This document shows positions 38,434-52,008 of a stretch of DNA of 64,000 nucleotides, in pieces. Both the position numbers and the translations under genes were made by a program. The stretch covers positions 1,612,001 through 1,676,000 of the forward strand of contig NW_027266266.1 in the NCBI RefSeq assembly GCF_022045235.1, written 5' to 3'. The notes under the pieces were generated by a model, which searched no databases, had not been told where the DNA came from, and was given only the letters and a program-made list of their open reading frames with translations. Numbering within the stretch: the first letter of the stretch is position 1; the number at the start of each line of letters is the position of its first letter. The stretch comes from Haliotis cracherodii. Lineage: Eukaryota.

Positions 38434-41400
38434 ATGAAGACAATGATGATGCTGCATACAACGTTCATCCTCCTCCTCAGCCTGGGACTTGGTGCAGGTA
38501 ACTATAGTTTCAATTATCTTTACAAATGATCATAATGTGTGTATTGATGTTAACTTCTTAGCGAGTAGTTGTAAGCAGGATGGGTGTGTTATTTGTAGCT
38601 TCGAGGTTTTCGTCTTGCAGTCCTCAACAACAAACCTTGCACTTCAAACATTACTTATAAGCAAGTTGTACTCAGTTTTCAACTATTGAGGTCACTATTC
38701 AACTGTCCACCCAGTTTGGTACTTGTTTTATAAATCAGACATGTTATCTCTGGCGTTCGGAACTAGATATATAGTTTTTATTCATCTGCACACTCTCTAT
38801 GAAGTTGAACGCATGGGCTATTTGAGGGACATTTTGTCCGTTGTTGAACGCCACATTCAACAATATTCCAATTGTATGATGGCGGTCGATAAAATATCGA
38901 GTGTGGGCACACGACTGAACCACGATCAACGGCGCAAGGGCACGATGACACGCAATCAACCAAGTTGACCACTGACCACAGCTTTCATTTAGTCGCCACT
39001 TACAACTATCTGAGGTTGCCTGGACCCAGAAGTTCTAAAGGAGCTGTCCATACGGAGATGACCAACACAGACAAGTATATGGATACGTTGAATAACTAGC
39101 TGGATGGGACATTCTTATCTTTGTTAAGATTCAAGTGTTCCGTTGTTTTAAAAAAATGGATATGTTTTGCAGAAGATATATTGTACCCATGTTGCTAGCA
39201 TTCAATAATGAAAAAATGAAAAGGGAAAACTTAAAAACACATGACGTGGCTACTTTGCTTTGTGTTTTGGAGGTGCTTCCTTGAAGAAAAACAAGACTGA
39301 TGTCATCACTCCGTGCTCGGCTTCCCCGAACAGGCAGTTTTTGCATGAGCTGAGGTCGCTGCTAAGCCTCTATCTGGGGGAGAAGGTTCCTGAGCCAGTG
39401 ACCTCCACTCCACAAAGTAGGAACTCGGGTAATCACGCCTTTGTGTTTCTGTGTATGTTTAGTCTTTGATGGCGCGAAGGTATATATCAGATGATGATTT
39501 TAATACTTGATGATTGCTTTCAATTCATGAAAATTATGTTGCCGACGTCTGTATTCAACCGTTTACACTATCTCATGTACTTTGAATAATACAGCAAAAA
39601 ATGCGAAAAGTATAAAACTGCATGTCTCTCCCCACCATGTATTTATTTGTCTGTACTGGAATCTATGTTTTTTTCAGGTGGAGGAGCTGTGTTCACTCGG
39701 TGGGGAAAGACAACATGTCCATCAAGAAATGATGTCATGTATAAAGGTAAAGCATTTCGAGAGATACTTTTTCGGAGCGTCAAAAGTTAGTAAATAGTTT
39801 TGGGTTTTTTTCAAAAGCGGGTCATAGCTGGGTTTTAAACATTGTCAGGGTGTCAGTTGAATCAAAGGAAACTTATTAAATGGTAGAATATCTCATCTCT
39901 TCAGTAAGGCTCTGCTTTGCCTTCCTTCGTTAGGACATATAAAATTAACTTGAAAAGGACAATATCAAATATACTCCATTTCATGTATGAACAATCATGA
40001 ATGTACTTTACACGAATTGTTTTCGATCAATATTTGTCGATATATAAATCACATATAAGATATGTATTTTGGATAGCTAACGCTGCTGTGCATTCGATTC
40101 CAAATTTAATCTTGCTCTACACTGGAAACACAGTATGTTTATCTCCATTCTTATATCAAAAGCAAACTCTTTGGCGTCAGCAATGTTATTTATTAGGTGA
40201 GATGAGATGAGGTTTAACGTTGTGTTCAAGATGATTGCACTTGTATAGCGACGTGAATACAGACATTCTATGTGTGGCTGCTTGTGCGAACCCTTACTGA
40301 TGCCAGTTGCATAGTATTAGCCTACTGAGATACAATGCTTCATGCATACCTCACTTAGAAGCATATAATGCCGGCCAGTACTTGTTTTATCCCCTTTTAA
40401 GCTCATTCTATGAAGATTTCGAAGAGCTTCAGAGAAAGCAGAATATAAAGTTGACTTAATGACAATAAGGTTACACTACATCAAACCATGCAGATTTCCA
40501 AAACATCCATGATTAAAACTGATCATCACGCATGCATATCTGATACAACTTCAGTAAACATGCCATGCCCAAGGTAATAGCCCAGCATTATGTTCCGGAA
40601 GCATGTCCACATTTCTGGTGTCAGCAGTCTCTGCTGGCAAACATTTTACCATTATCTCGTGATATTTTTCGTTCGGAGGATCACGTGGCTACGTGTATCA
40701 CGCTAAGAATAATATTTGCATTTGCTTACAAACGTATGTTGTACTTGGTTTAAATGATGTACACTCGCCTGTTGCTGTGAGATTTTACATAATTTTTCCA
40801 TATGAGATATCAACGTACTTTGTACATGGTCTACATTCGCGGTTGCTGGTAGAAATGGACATGCGTACCCTCTTTGCGAACATCAATACTTTTCAGTTAT
40901 CCATTTACATAATTTCACTACTATTTTGCCTTTTACACCCAATGGAATCTGTTTCTGTGAACAATCGAAATTGAGTATTCTCGGGCGTTGACGTTTTATA
41001 TTTGTAAAAAGGGTAACCTTTCAGATGAAAAATGATAAATAGAATTCACCTCTTGTCTTAACAAAGACTCAGCAAATTGATTAACTTAGACTTATCAATG
41101 CATTAACAATATGTTGAGCACAAGTAATCTCTAAATTGTTTGGTTTCCAGGCAACTATTTGATTTGACTAAAACACAAGTAAATGCTAGTCCCTTTCAAT
41201 CTCCCAGGTTATGCAGGTGGAAGCCATTACCAGGCCAAGGGTGGACCAGGGACAACTCTGTGCCTTCCTGACTCTCCGATCTACGCCAATCATTCTACCG
41301 CTGGTTCACGCAGTTATCTTTATGGAACTGAGTATCAAGTTGAACATCCCTCTCTTCCACTACGAAACATGTATGAACATGATGTACCTTGTGTGGTGTG

Positions 41401-41680
41401 CCGCAGTCGTCACAGGAGGAGTGCTGTCATGGTCCCTGCCAGGAATGATTGCTTCCCTGAGTGGCATCTGGAATACAAGGGGTACCTCTTCGGGGGTTCC
41501 ACTGAACACACAGGTTCAAGTGATTATGTGTGTGTAGATGAAGATCCAGAATCCATAAATGGAGGCCATGCAAACAAAAACGGACATCTACTGTACCTGG
41601 TCGAGTCTATCTGTGGTGCCCTGCCATGTCCACCATATGTTAATGGCTGGGAGATGTCCTGTGCTGTTTGTACAAAATAA
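38434..41680 (+). CDS. G3: secreted spongin short-chain-collagen-related (C4-like NC1 domain) protein, 253 aa. join(38434-38497,39273-39428,39678-39746,41208-41680)
   Basis: Open frame through all four exons: MKTMMMLHTTFILLLSLGLGAG; ASLKKNKTDVITPCSASPNRQFLHELRSLL..; GGAVFTRWGKTTCPSRND..; ..WEMSCAVCTK. The exon-2 acceptor is the rarer GAG, so a 201-aa skipped form is possible. Confidence 0.87.
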
Positions 41681-43621
41681 AACACTCCATATTGTCCAAA
41701 CTATCTGTCAAATATGTACATTAACTGTGTCTTACATACATCTGATAAACACATTCAGCTTTCTAATGATATCCATTTAAAACTGTGAAGATCCGGGATA
41801 GAATAGGTCTTCAGCAACCCATCCTTATCGTGACAGGTGACTATGCTTGTCGTAAGAGGCGACTTAAGACGTTAAACAACAAACAAACCAAACAAACACA
41901 CCATTTGAAACTGTATATGTAAGTTTATTGAGGTGCATGAAGAACGAATGATAGCATTTGGTTGTCTCATTATGTAAGGACAGACTGACCACGTTGACCA
42001 GTCAGTTTAGGTATTGTTGGCTGAAGGTCATAGCTGAAAACTTATCGTCAATCCATAGAGAATACTACACTATTCTCGTTTGATACCATTTTTATGAAAC
42101 GAGTGGACCTTCTAGGGTATCTGACAGCAAGGTCAAGTACCAGAGAATGTTCACGAGTGAATATTGACATATGCCCAAGTATGAGCATTGTTGACATTTC
42201 TATGCATACGCATTAACAATGTGCTCCTAATTTCTGATTCCTGAATTTCTTCAACTTTTGGTAATTCAAGTGCATTGTTGTTTGTACGCAGCAAACTTTC
42301 ATTTCACTACGCCTAACCTTTTAAGTTAAATCAAATTGAAAGTCGCGAAAGTGGTCGGATACGTCACGCTCATTGGGACCCTCGACAGAGGTCACGGTTA
42401 TCCAGTCAAAATGAATGAAACCTGTTTTCTTCACCACGTGGGTAATTAAGTGCTTGACATCATGAGCATTGATCCATGCAATTGGGATACGATGACATGC
42501 ATCAACCAAATCAGCGAGCCTGACCACCCGATCAAAGTCGCCTCTTACGACAAGCATAGTCGCCTTTTATGACAAGCATGGAAGACCCATCCTATATCGC
42601 CACTGATGAGCTTCTGGTCAGTGTCATTACACAAGGTATTTAACATGTATGGTTTCCTAATTGATAAAGGGCTAACATTGCAGCTTATCATCTAAATCAA
42701 TCAATCAAATAATGGTTTATTGAATGAAATGACATCGGCCCAAAGACACGCAAGTTACATTGACATGTTAGATTTTAGGCAACACCCAAGGTCCAAGACA
42801 CTCGTTACGGGGTGAGAACGTTTTATTCAGATCAATTAACACACCCTGAAACAATATATCATTCAATAAAAACAGCGTCATACAATATACTTGAGGCTTA
42901 AAAACAGTCCATTACACAAATTAGGTGAAGCATAAATGACAGATCGTATGACAATACAACAAGGGGAGATAACTCCTTGATTAACTCATATCTTCAAAAT
43001 ATCTTCAAATTAAATATATATGACACAGACGTCTTAATGCAATACGTATATCAAATGGAATAGATGTGATACTAAGTATCACATAAACATACGAGAATGC
43101 AAAATAACATAGTTCCTACCCGGTGTATGGCACTAGGGTGCTCACGACGTTCACCAAGCTCCGCCGAGCCAGATATACCAAGCGTACCTAAAATCCGTGT
43201 AAACTGATGTGAAATAAATTGTTTCATAACACAAGAGACATAATGTACTCATGACATGGATTCAAAACTATGGATAGCTGCAAACTGTGAGCATTATAGA
43301 AATTCACTGTTGAATCGACAGCAGCACTGATTGGGTAAACGAGTTATTTTAAGACGCTTTAAACAATACCCAATCCAAATGACTGTAGAAAATATCATAA
43401 TTACGTAGCAGAGCCAAACTGTGAGTGGAACTCACAGGAAGATTCAGTCATCATATGCTCAAAAACAGTAATATTTCTGATATGTAGGCAAAGTATGTCC
43501 TTTGTAAACACACCTACCATCATCTGTGACACGTGGAACTGCTATGAAGGGAAGTGCTATTGTTATCAGTGGCTTATTTCATCATTAATACGTTACTCGT
43601 TACCATGAATTCATACGACTA

Positions 43622-43965
43622 CTACCTTCCAGCTGGAGAGGTGCAGCTATGTTTATGGTAGTGAATACCAATTTTATCTTGCTCTTCCTTTGTATAAAAT
43701 GTTTCACCCGGGTGTCTCATTTACCGTCACAGATCTTATTTTGGGTCTTATTTCGGAACGGTGTCTCTGTGGTAACTGGTGCACGCAATAGATACTGGTC
43801 TTTTCACATTGGATGTATGAACACAGAAATGTATAATGAACACACCCTGTAATACAAAAAGTTAAAAAAATACAGAAGTTCACTGATGTTAAGTAAGGTG
43901 GGGTACTCGTTTGCTAAAATGGTTCCTCATTATAGTGCCATATATGTTGTGCCATTTTTACTTAA
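43622..43965 (+). pseudogene. Decayed last-exon remnant of the older paralog (copy c)
   Basis: AGCTATGTTTATGGTAGTGAATACCAA = SYVYGSEYQ; colinear with 28705-29095. Confidence 0.72.
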
Positions 43966-44820
43966 AAGCAAGTAACGTACTCGGTGATTCTATAATTAGG
44001 AGACCCAGTCTAACAGGCAAGAGCCCTATTGTAATGGTTCTGTTTGTCGTTTATTATTATTTATTATTCCGCCATTCTCTTGTGCAAGATATAACTCAAC
44101 AACCAGTGGACAGAATCTCTTCCCCAAAATCATCAGCATCTGGACTTATGTGAAGTAGATAACACTAAGACTCAAATGCTCTAGGCCCAATGTCCAGTGG
44201 CGGATAATTCAAAATTAAGAAACTAAGAGCAACTCTCACAGAAACCGATAGTTTGATGGCTTTTAAAGCTGGCATGCGACAGCAGCATCAGATGCTAATC
44301 AATTTCGCCTCGACGTCCCATGTCGCCAATGACATGGTGTGGCAGCCGTATTGGATTGAAGATTGCAGCAGTGTTCTCAGTAGCTGTCTGACAAAATCCT
44401 CTCGTCGGTATCTATCCGAGCATCAGCAGCTTCTACATTTTGCTTACTTCCACGTCACAAACTGTCTTTTAGAATGCTAAGATACGTGCATTGGTGGCCG
44501 CCATATTGAATGCTACTTCTGTCCGAAAGTAACTGGCAAAACATTTTTGTGTGCCTTGTGTGTCTTTTTTAAAACTCATTATGTAAAGTTTGTTTTTTAA
44601 TTCGTTAGACGCTAAAGTCGATAGCGTCGATAGACGCTAAAGTTCAGAGCATTTAGGGTTCTTAGTTAATTGTCAAAAGTAAGGATTGAAAACTGTCTGA
44701 ATACAATAATTTCACAAACTGGCATGAAGTATCATGCATATCAGACGCTATAGGCCCAACAGCTTCTAGATCTGGCATGTGACACCATTATGAGATGCTT
44801 ATCAATTTATACTGTAGTGT

Positions 44821-44886
44821 CACGGTAATGAGGCTTCAAATACTCGTTGTATTTGAAGCTGTTGTATTTGAAGCCTCATTACCGTG
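44821..44886. repeat. Perfect 23-bp inverted repeat with 20-nt spacer
   Basis: CACGGTAATGAGGCTTCAAATAC (44821-44843) and GTATTTGAAGCCTCATTACCGTG (44864-44886). Confidence 0.92.
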
Positions 44887-46509
44887 GAATTGTTTGACTG
44901 TTGACCAGTTCATGCATCAATGTAAAGGCAGCGAAAAGGTGTTTTGTAACGTATTTTATTAAGACGAAGCATAAATAAAATATGGGAAATACGCCAATTA
45001 TCTACCTTTGTATCCAACGAGAATCTGTTGTAAAATAATAGAATAACCTTGGTAATGTTTCTATTCATTTTTTAAAGTCCATTAGAGAAAACACATTTTT
45101 TTGTTAAAGAGAGAGTGACAAAATAAATACATGTAACGGGAATTACTATGATCTTTGTCCATTATTTACCATATTTTTCAATCTTGCTGACTGTACTTAA
45201 TGGATGTGTTCCTTTGGTTTAAGGTCACACGTGTCATCTACATTTAGCTTTGCAATAAATTGAGCTAAAGTTACAGTACATTCAGTTGAAAAGTGATAGG
45301 CAGGCATCCTTTATTTCAAGTACAAATCGCTAAGTTTCAAGGTAAGCTACAGCCATAATACTTTTTTCTTTAAAGTCCTAATATGTAGTAAGCATCTGTA
45401 TCCGAAGCAACAGATGAGACATATTCCAAACCGGAAGTACTCAACTCATGAGAATTCCGTTTTTAAGTTCTCGGTAAATAAGGAAATATTTTCGAAACCA
45501 GAAGTGATATAATCCAAACTAGAAGTGCCAACAGCGAGAAAACACCTTTGGCCTTCAGATTTAAAGTGTTAATGCCGTAAGAAAGTATTATCTGAATCGG
45601 GAAGTTAGACAATTCAAAAACTGATAGTTTTCTTGTAAAACGAGCCATGAGCATGGAACTTTATTTATAAATGACACAGTACAAAGACAGAAAGTACTCA
45701 TACTTTTGTTATAAACTGAGCTAGAACTATTTGGCTTTGTTTTGCTCAAGGTGTTCAGTTTGTATACCTATTTGTTTTGGAAACCAGAAGTAATTATTTC
45801 TTTGAACAAACTGGAGGAACATGAGCTTACAGAATACTTTGTACTTGGTCTAACTGATTTACACACGCGGTCGCTGTGTGATTTTACGTCTCATCAAGAG
45901 AGGTTGGCAAGAATATTTATTTTATAAATCAAAAGAAATTTAAAAGTCAACGCCAGAGAGGAATCAGTCTCGATTATCTTCCAAAACAAATTCCACAGGA
46001 CGTGAAATGAGAAATAGTGGTAAAATTAAATAAATAGATCACTGGAAATTACTTCTCTACGGAGCTGTTTTATCTTTTCCATACATTTGTAAGTATCAAC
46101 ATGTTACATCATTTCCGAGGGTTGATCAGTGTCCACAGAAAGTCATTTTGCTTGTATCTTCAAGCAACACATAACCCAAATTGGACTTTAATGTTGGAAC
46201 ACAACAAGAATAAAAAAAAGATTTCAGATTTATGCACAAAGAGTCAGAGTGACAAAACTATGCCCAAAACTGTACGACAAGACGGATTACTTCCAATAGT
46301 CAAAATTTCACAAGTTTTAAGGTACAATTGAGCATGTACTTTCTACGAATATTTCAAAAAGCGTCATACAAGTCTTGCTAAAAAATTCTTGTATCAAGGT
46401 GACAAGATTCAAGGCCTTAGAAAAGCTCTCTGAATGTATTATCGTACATGAATATGGAAATGTATTTGTCGCAATTATCGGTGCAACGTGCATTGATCTT
46501 TATTGTTAA

Positions 46510-47105
46510 AAGGATGTCTAATGGGGTATATGTGATTTGTAGCTTCCACAATAACCACTGTAACATTGCACAGCAATTCCATGTTATCACGTATCTAAGA
46601 GTGTAAACAGGATTTGTGGATACCGCAATAACCACCGTAACATCGCGCAGTAATTCCATGTTATCGCCTGTCTGAGAGTGTAAACAGGATTTGTAGCTTC
46701 CACAATATCCACCGTAACATCACAAAGTTATCACCTGTCCAAAGGGTAAAGGTCATTTGTAGCTTAGCTCAGTCGGGATAATCGCCTACACAAGGGGAAA
46801 TATGGGATTTACCGTCCCAATATTCGTCTGTGATCATGACCGACTGTCCGACATTTGTGTGTTCATACCCGACTGCCCCGTCATTGGTGTGTTCATGCCC
46901 GACTGACCTGACATTGGTGTGATCATGTCCGACTGTACTGACATTGGTGAGCTTATGACCGACTGTCCCGACATTGCTGTGCTCATGCCCGACTGACCTG
47001 ACATTTGTGTGTTCATAACCGACTGACCTGACATTTGTGTGTTCATGCCCGACTGACCTGTCATTGGTGTGTTCATGCCCGACTGCCCTGTCATTGGTGT
47101 GTTCA
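46510..47105. repeat. Diverged 77-bp monomers (46510-46800) followed by 30-bp minisatellite (46835-47105)
   Basis: Colinear with 15505-16230; unit GACATT(G/T)GTGTGTTCATGCCCGACTGACCT. Confidence 0.88.
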
Positions 47106-48397
47106 AGAATGTGCCTGAGAAAGTAGTACAGTCAACATTATGTTTGTGACGTCATAATGACCTTAAGGTCATAGTCAGTGACAATAGCGTCAGGGGTAAA
47201 TGCATTGCTGTGTGAGTCCACATATACACAGAGAACTACAGAGGGAAGCATTGATAATAATACTTTTGAATTAGGTTGGAGTTTCAAAAGCCTAATGAAC
47301 ATTTTCTCTTTTTCATTCGTAAATGGGTATCAATGTTAAAAAATTTATTACACGAAAAAACACAGAAACGGCTTACATGTATGCAACGAACATTTGGATC
47401 TCGAATTTACTGTCTCTGAACAGTCATGTGTGTTTTTAGCTGCATACAAGTTTCCCCACATTAATACTCTCATCATTAGTGTGTTTATGCCCGGACATTT
47501 ATGCGCTCAATGCCCGACCGTCCTCTCATTGCTGTGCTCAAGTCCTGACATGGGTGTGCTCATGCGAGATTGATATTAGTGTGACATTGGTGAACGGATG
47601 AACAACTGTCCTGACATTGGTGTACTCATGACCAACTGTTCACAAGCGACGCGTCATGTTTAGCAAGTTCCTCTGAATGTCTACCATAGAGTGTCAGGAA
47701 TTACCCAAACAGGAGTACGATGGTGTTATCTTTATTGAATGGGTTAGATGTAAACAACACACGTGTTTCCGTCTGGATAATATGAACATGCTTGGACCTA
47801 TGGTATATTGCTCTCCTGAAAAGAAATGTATGGTGTCACAATAGAAATTGTCCCTCTTGTCAAACATCTTGGTACAGAGACTGCTATCATTTTGAATTTC
47901 TATGCACAGATCCAGATATGTTGTTTTCAGCTTAAATCTTAATTGTAATCATAATTAACTGCAGGTGTTTACTGGCTAGGATAACAAGGCTCAGGCATCT
48001 TGTCTTTCGTGTTGTGAACTTCGAACTGCATCATTTGCATAAGCACCGGTCAGCAGGGTAGGTCAAGTGTGCAGTCAGTCTGGGTTATCACCTACCTGAG
48101 GGGGTATATTTGATTTATAATGCTTTAACAACTGTAAAACCCTGCAGTCATTCGTAGCTCTCACTATAACCACTGTGACACAATGCATTCTGTAATTATT
48201 TGATGTGAAATATTGTCACGTGGCGTTTTTATCTGTCTTGTATGCACGCTATGTTATGAACACCGCCACTACCGCCACTACCGCCACTACCTCCAACCCC
48301 CACCCCCATCCCCCTTATATCCGTATATTAAATGATCAGCCACTTAAGGAGACTGAGGTCTCCTTTAATAATTATTTGCTGTGGTTTTACGTATATA

Positions 48398-50058
48398 TAC
48401 TCTCTCAAAAAGGGAACGCATAACGAAAATTGTAATTTGATGAAGAAATGTAACAGGGTGGGTTTTTCAAAAATATTTGTTTTGATAATGATTTCTCTGG
48501 TGTTTGTCTTAAAACGTCATATCCAAACGCATCCCGCATGAAAAACACGTATGTTAAACCATGATTTTCGATAGACGCATTTAATGTCACAGAACACGTT
48601 TTGCACGTGCAATGCGCGGGAAACTCGGGGACCACCTCGTGTCGTGGATGGGTATAAAAGATCGATCTCCGTCTTTTTTCATTCACTTTATTTGGAAGTT
48701 TGTGAAGACTGCAAAATGCCAAGACTGAGCCGCGCCAATCGTCACATCGCCATAGGTCTCCTGGAAGCAGGACAATCTCAACTCACAGTTGCCCGTCGAA
48801 TGAATGTTCATCAAAGCACGATTTCCCGTCTCTGGGAGAGATATCGGCAGCAGAACTCGGTGGAAGATGGGCTTAGAAGTGGACGTCCTCGAGTCATCAC
48901 TGCGGCGAAAGACAGGTACATCCGGGTACATCACCTGCGTCAGCGAACAGCTACAGCGACCACTACCGCTAGGCAAATACCCGGATTGAGAAGGATGTCT
49001 GCACAGACTGTCAGGAACAGACTACGAGAGGCAGGTTTAAGAGCAAGAAGACCCTACTGTGGCCCCGTTATGCGTCAGCAGCATCGACGTCATCGCGTTC
49101 ATTTGGTGAATTGGAGTCGAATCTGGTTCAGCGATGAATCAAGATTTTTGTTGGAACGACGCGATGGAAGAATGCGGGTGTACAGACGACGTCATGACCG
49201 TTTTGCCGACGCCTGTGTCCCCCAGGTGGACAGATTCGGCAGGGAGGGGGGGGGGGGGGATGATGTGGGGAGCCATATCCTACACTGGAAGAAGTGAGTT
49301 GGTGTTGATCCAAGGCAACCTGACAGCGCAACGCTACTGCGATCAAGTCCTTCGTCCACACCTCCTTCCCATTATCAACCGCCAGAGGGAGCTATTCCAG
49401 CAGGATAACGCCAGACCTCATACGGCACGTGTCACGAGGGCCTTCCTCCAGAATGTGAACATCAGTGTGCTGCTTGGCCCTCCGGATCACCAGACTTAAA
49501 CCCGATAGAACATCCGGATGCCCGGGACAGACGAGTGCGACAGCGTTACCCACAGCCCCAGACACTCCAGCAACTAGCACATGCACTACAGGCAGAGTGG
49601 GCTACATTGCAGCAACATCAGATTCAGAGACTAATTCGTTCTATGCCGAGACGATGTCGCGCAGTTCTGAACGCAAATGGTGGTCATACGAGGTACTGAC
49701 TTCAGCGCCATCAAACGTCGATGTGTGATTCATAAACTGACTTTTTCTGCTGTCTTATTAAACAGTGATATCTTGACATTTCCTGTGTAAAATTTCTTCG
49801 AATTCCATTTGCTATTAACTTGTCCACAGTGTATCAAAATAAAAAGAAATCTGTAGTTTAAATTCTTATATGCGTTTCTTTTTTGAGAGAGTGAGTGAGT
49901 GAGTATGGTTTTACGCTGCTTTTAGCAATATTCCAGCAATATCACGGCGGGGGACACCAGAAATGGGCTTTCACACATTGTACCCATGTCGGGAATCGAA
50001 CCCGGGTCTTCGGCGTGACGAGAGAACGCTACCCGACCGCCCCTTTTTTGAGAGAGTA
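48398..50058 (+). mobile_element. Tc1/mariner (DD34E-type) transposon, near full length; transposase 48716-49699 frameshifted
   Basis: TIRs TACTCTCTCAAAAGGGAACGCATA and TATGCGTTTCTTTTTTGAGAGAGT(A), with TA TSD. Protein MPRLSRANR..HTH..RSGRPR..WFSDESRF..MMWGAIS..FQQDNARPH..SPDL..IEH..GGHTRY*. Frameshifts at the G-run ~49245-49259 and near 49470. The paralogous site at ~3205 is empty. Confidence 0.95.
49893..50043 (-). mobile_element. Family A SINE inserted in the right TIR of the Tc1 element, 14-bp TSD
   Basis: TTTTTTGAGAGAGT at 49879-49892 and 50044-50057; (GAGT)n tail; GGGTTCGATTCCC B box on the minus strand. Confidence 0.92.
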
Positions 50059-52008
50059 TACTTTTTATCGTATATAGACACAATACACATGCCCCCCAAA
50101 AGTGGCCAAGAGGGGATATTGCTCTCCCGCGAGAAAGTGATAGAGCGATAGAGCGATGTCCCCTCTCGGCTACCATAATATACCGCATCAACACAAATTG
50201 CAAATTGACATGTCTAAACTATCTACTGTAATGCTTATAAAACAAGTCAGTGGATGAGGTCTTTATTAACTTTATGTCGGATGTGGCAATATACTGGCGT
50301 TTGAATCTTAAAAGACCTGGAGAACCAGTAATGAAAATAATTAATTAACAAATTAACCCGTGGTATGAACAGAATAGAGAGCATAACAGATGAGGGATGG
50401 AAAAGACAAATTGTTGTATGTTTGTTGTTTAACGCCGATATTCCAGCTATATGAGGATTGTCAGTAAATAATCGAGTCTGGACCACACAATCCAGTGATC
50501 AATATGATGAGCATCGATTAACGCATTTGGGTTACGATGACACGCATTATCCAAGTCTGAAATAATAGTAATTATAGTATAGCAGATTCCACATTGTGGA
50601 TGCAAGCTAACTGGCGGGTTCCCCATGCGAAAACAACACTTTGCTGCTGAAACTGACACAAAATATCTGCCTATATTTGTTTATTAAGAAGCCATGTCAA
50701 GTACCCCTTTATGGCTATGGCCGCATTACCGTGAACTAATATCACACGACACCCTACATACAGACTAGAGTATCACTTCTAAATGCCTTTCTAAGACCTT
50801 GAGTGACCAATTTAAGCCGGTAAAATCAGCAATAATATTTCATATAATCTGTTGGATTGTTCTAATTTTTTAATTTAAAGTTTGATATACGGCTTTTTCC
50901 ATTACAAGAGAGGCCGGTCACATGACTGATCCATCCTTGTGAAAAATACACCTTAACTATTGTAATATCGACTCCATTTTAGTCTTGGCTGACATTTACA
51001 GTCTACAGCAATCTATGAATTTACCTTCGTATCTATTTGACACATAATCTTCTTTATCATGACCTTCCAATGATCGACCAACTGATCAATGAAGAGGAGG
51101 CTCATTTACAACTTCGGCCATCGTGTCGGCCATTTTGACGTCTTTTACTTGTAAATGTTGTAAATGTATTAAGACGCGCTGTCATTGTACCCGACTTACT
51201 GAGGTAGTTCTTAACAGACCTTTCTCATCAAATGATATTATTTGAATATATTTGTTATAAACAAACTACAACAGATGTTCCCGTAGAGCAAGTTGAGCAT
51301 ACAGACGCTCACGTGACTTCTCGTTTTTAGGGAACTAAGCTCCGACGTTCATACAGATTGGCATGTAAAGGTTCTTAAATATAGACTGATGCATTTTTTA
51401 TTTGTCACTTGTGAGCAGTGGGTATTTAGCCGTACCACTTGAACAATGACTGGCTCTGGTCTGTTGTCACTGTTCACATTCATATCGATTACATTCTGTG
51501 TCACATAGAGGGACGTTGAAATTGAAAACAGCCAACACTACTTACTGTGAATACTTATCGGCTGCCTTTGTCTGACCAACTCAGTTATAAAAGCTTAGCA
51601 CAGATGGTCATAGCACATCACGATTGAAAGTCAGATTTGAATTAAAAATATAAAATCGATTTCCACCTCTCCCCACGTATATGCAGCACCTGCCTGAAGG
51701 TGGCATGTCCTGTTTTGAAATATTATCAGTTGTCACTATCATTGAGGGATGGAAGAGTAGTGAAACTTTCGTTCACTCGGATGGGGACCGGGGACTGATT
51801 TCACAAATGCCCTGTGTATTCAATCGATATTACTGCAATGTTGTTTAAAGCTTGCTTGCTCATTCGACAATTATTTTGTAATTATTGCAACATTTCAGTT
51901 TGCTTTACTTGTTAATTGATTTTGTATGCATACAAATGTTCTTGAGATCATAGATATAGCGAACTATGACAGTGTTATTTCAAATAATTGGTTATGCATC
52001 ATTACATA

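Noticed and set aside
42600-42625. CTGATGAG hammerhead-like start, also at ~62574
   Set aside because: No GAAA or stem II follows, and the G1 paralog has CTAATGAG.
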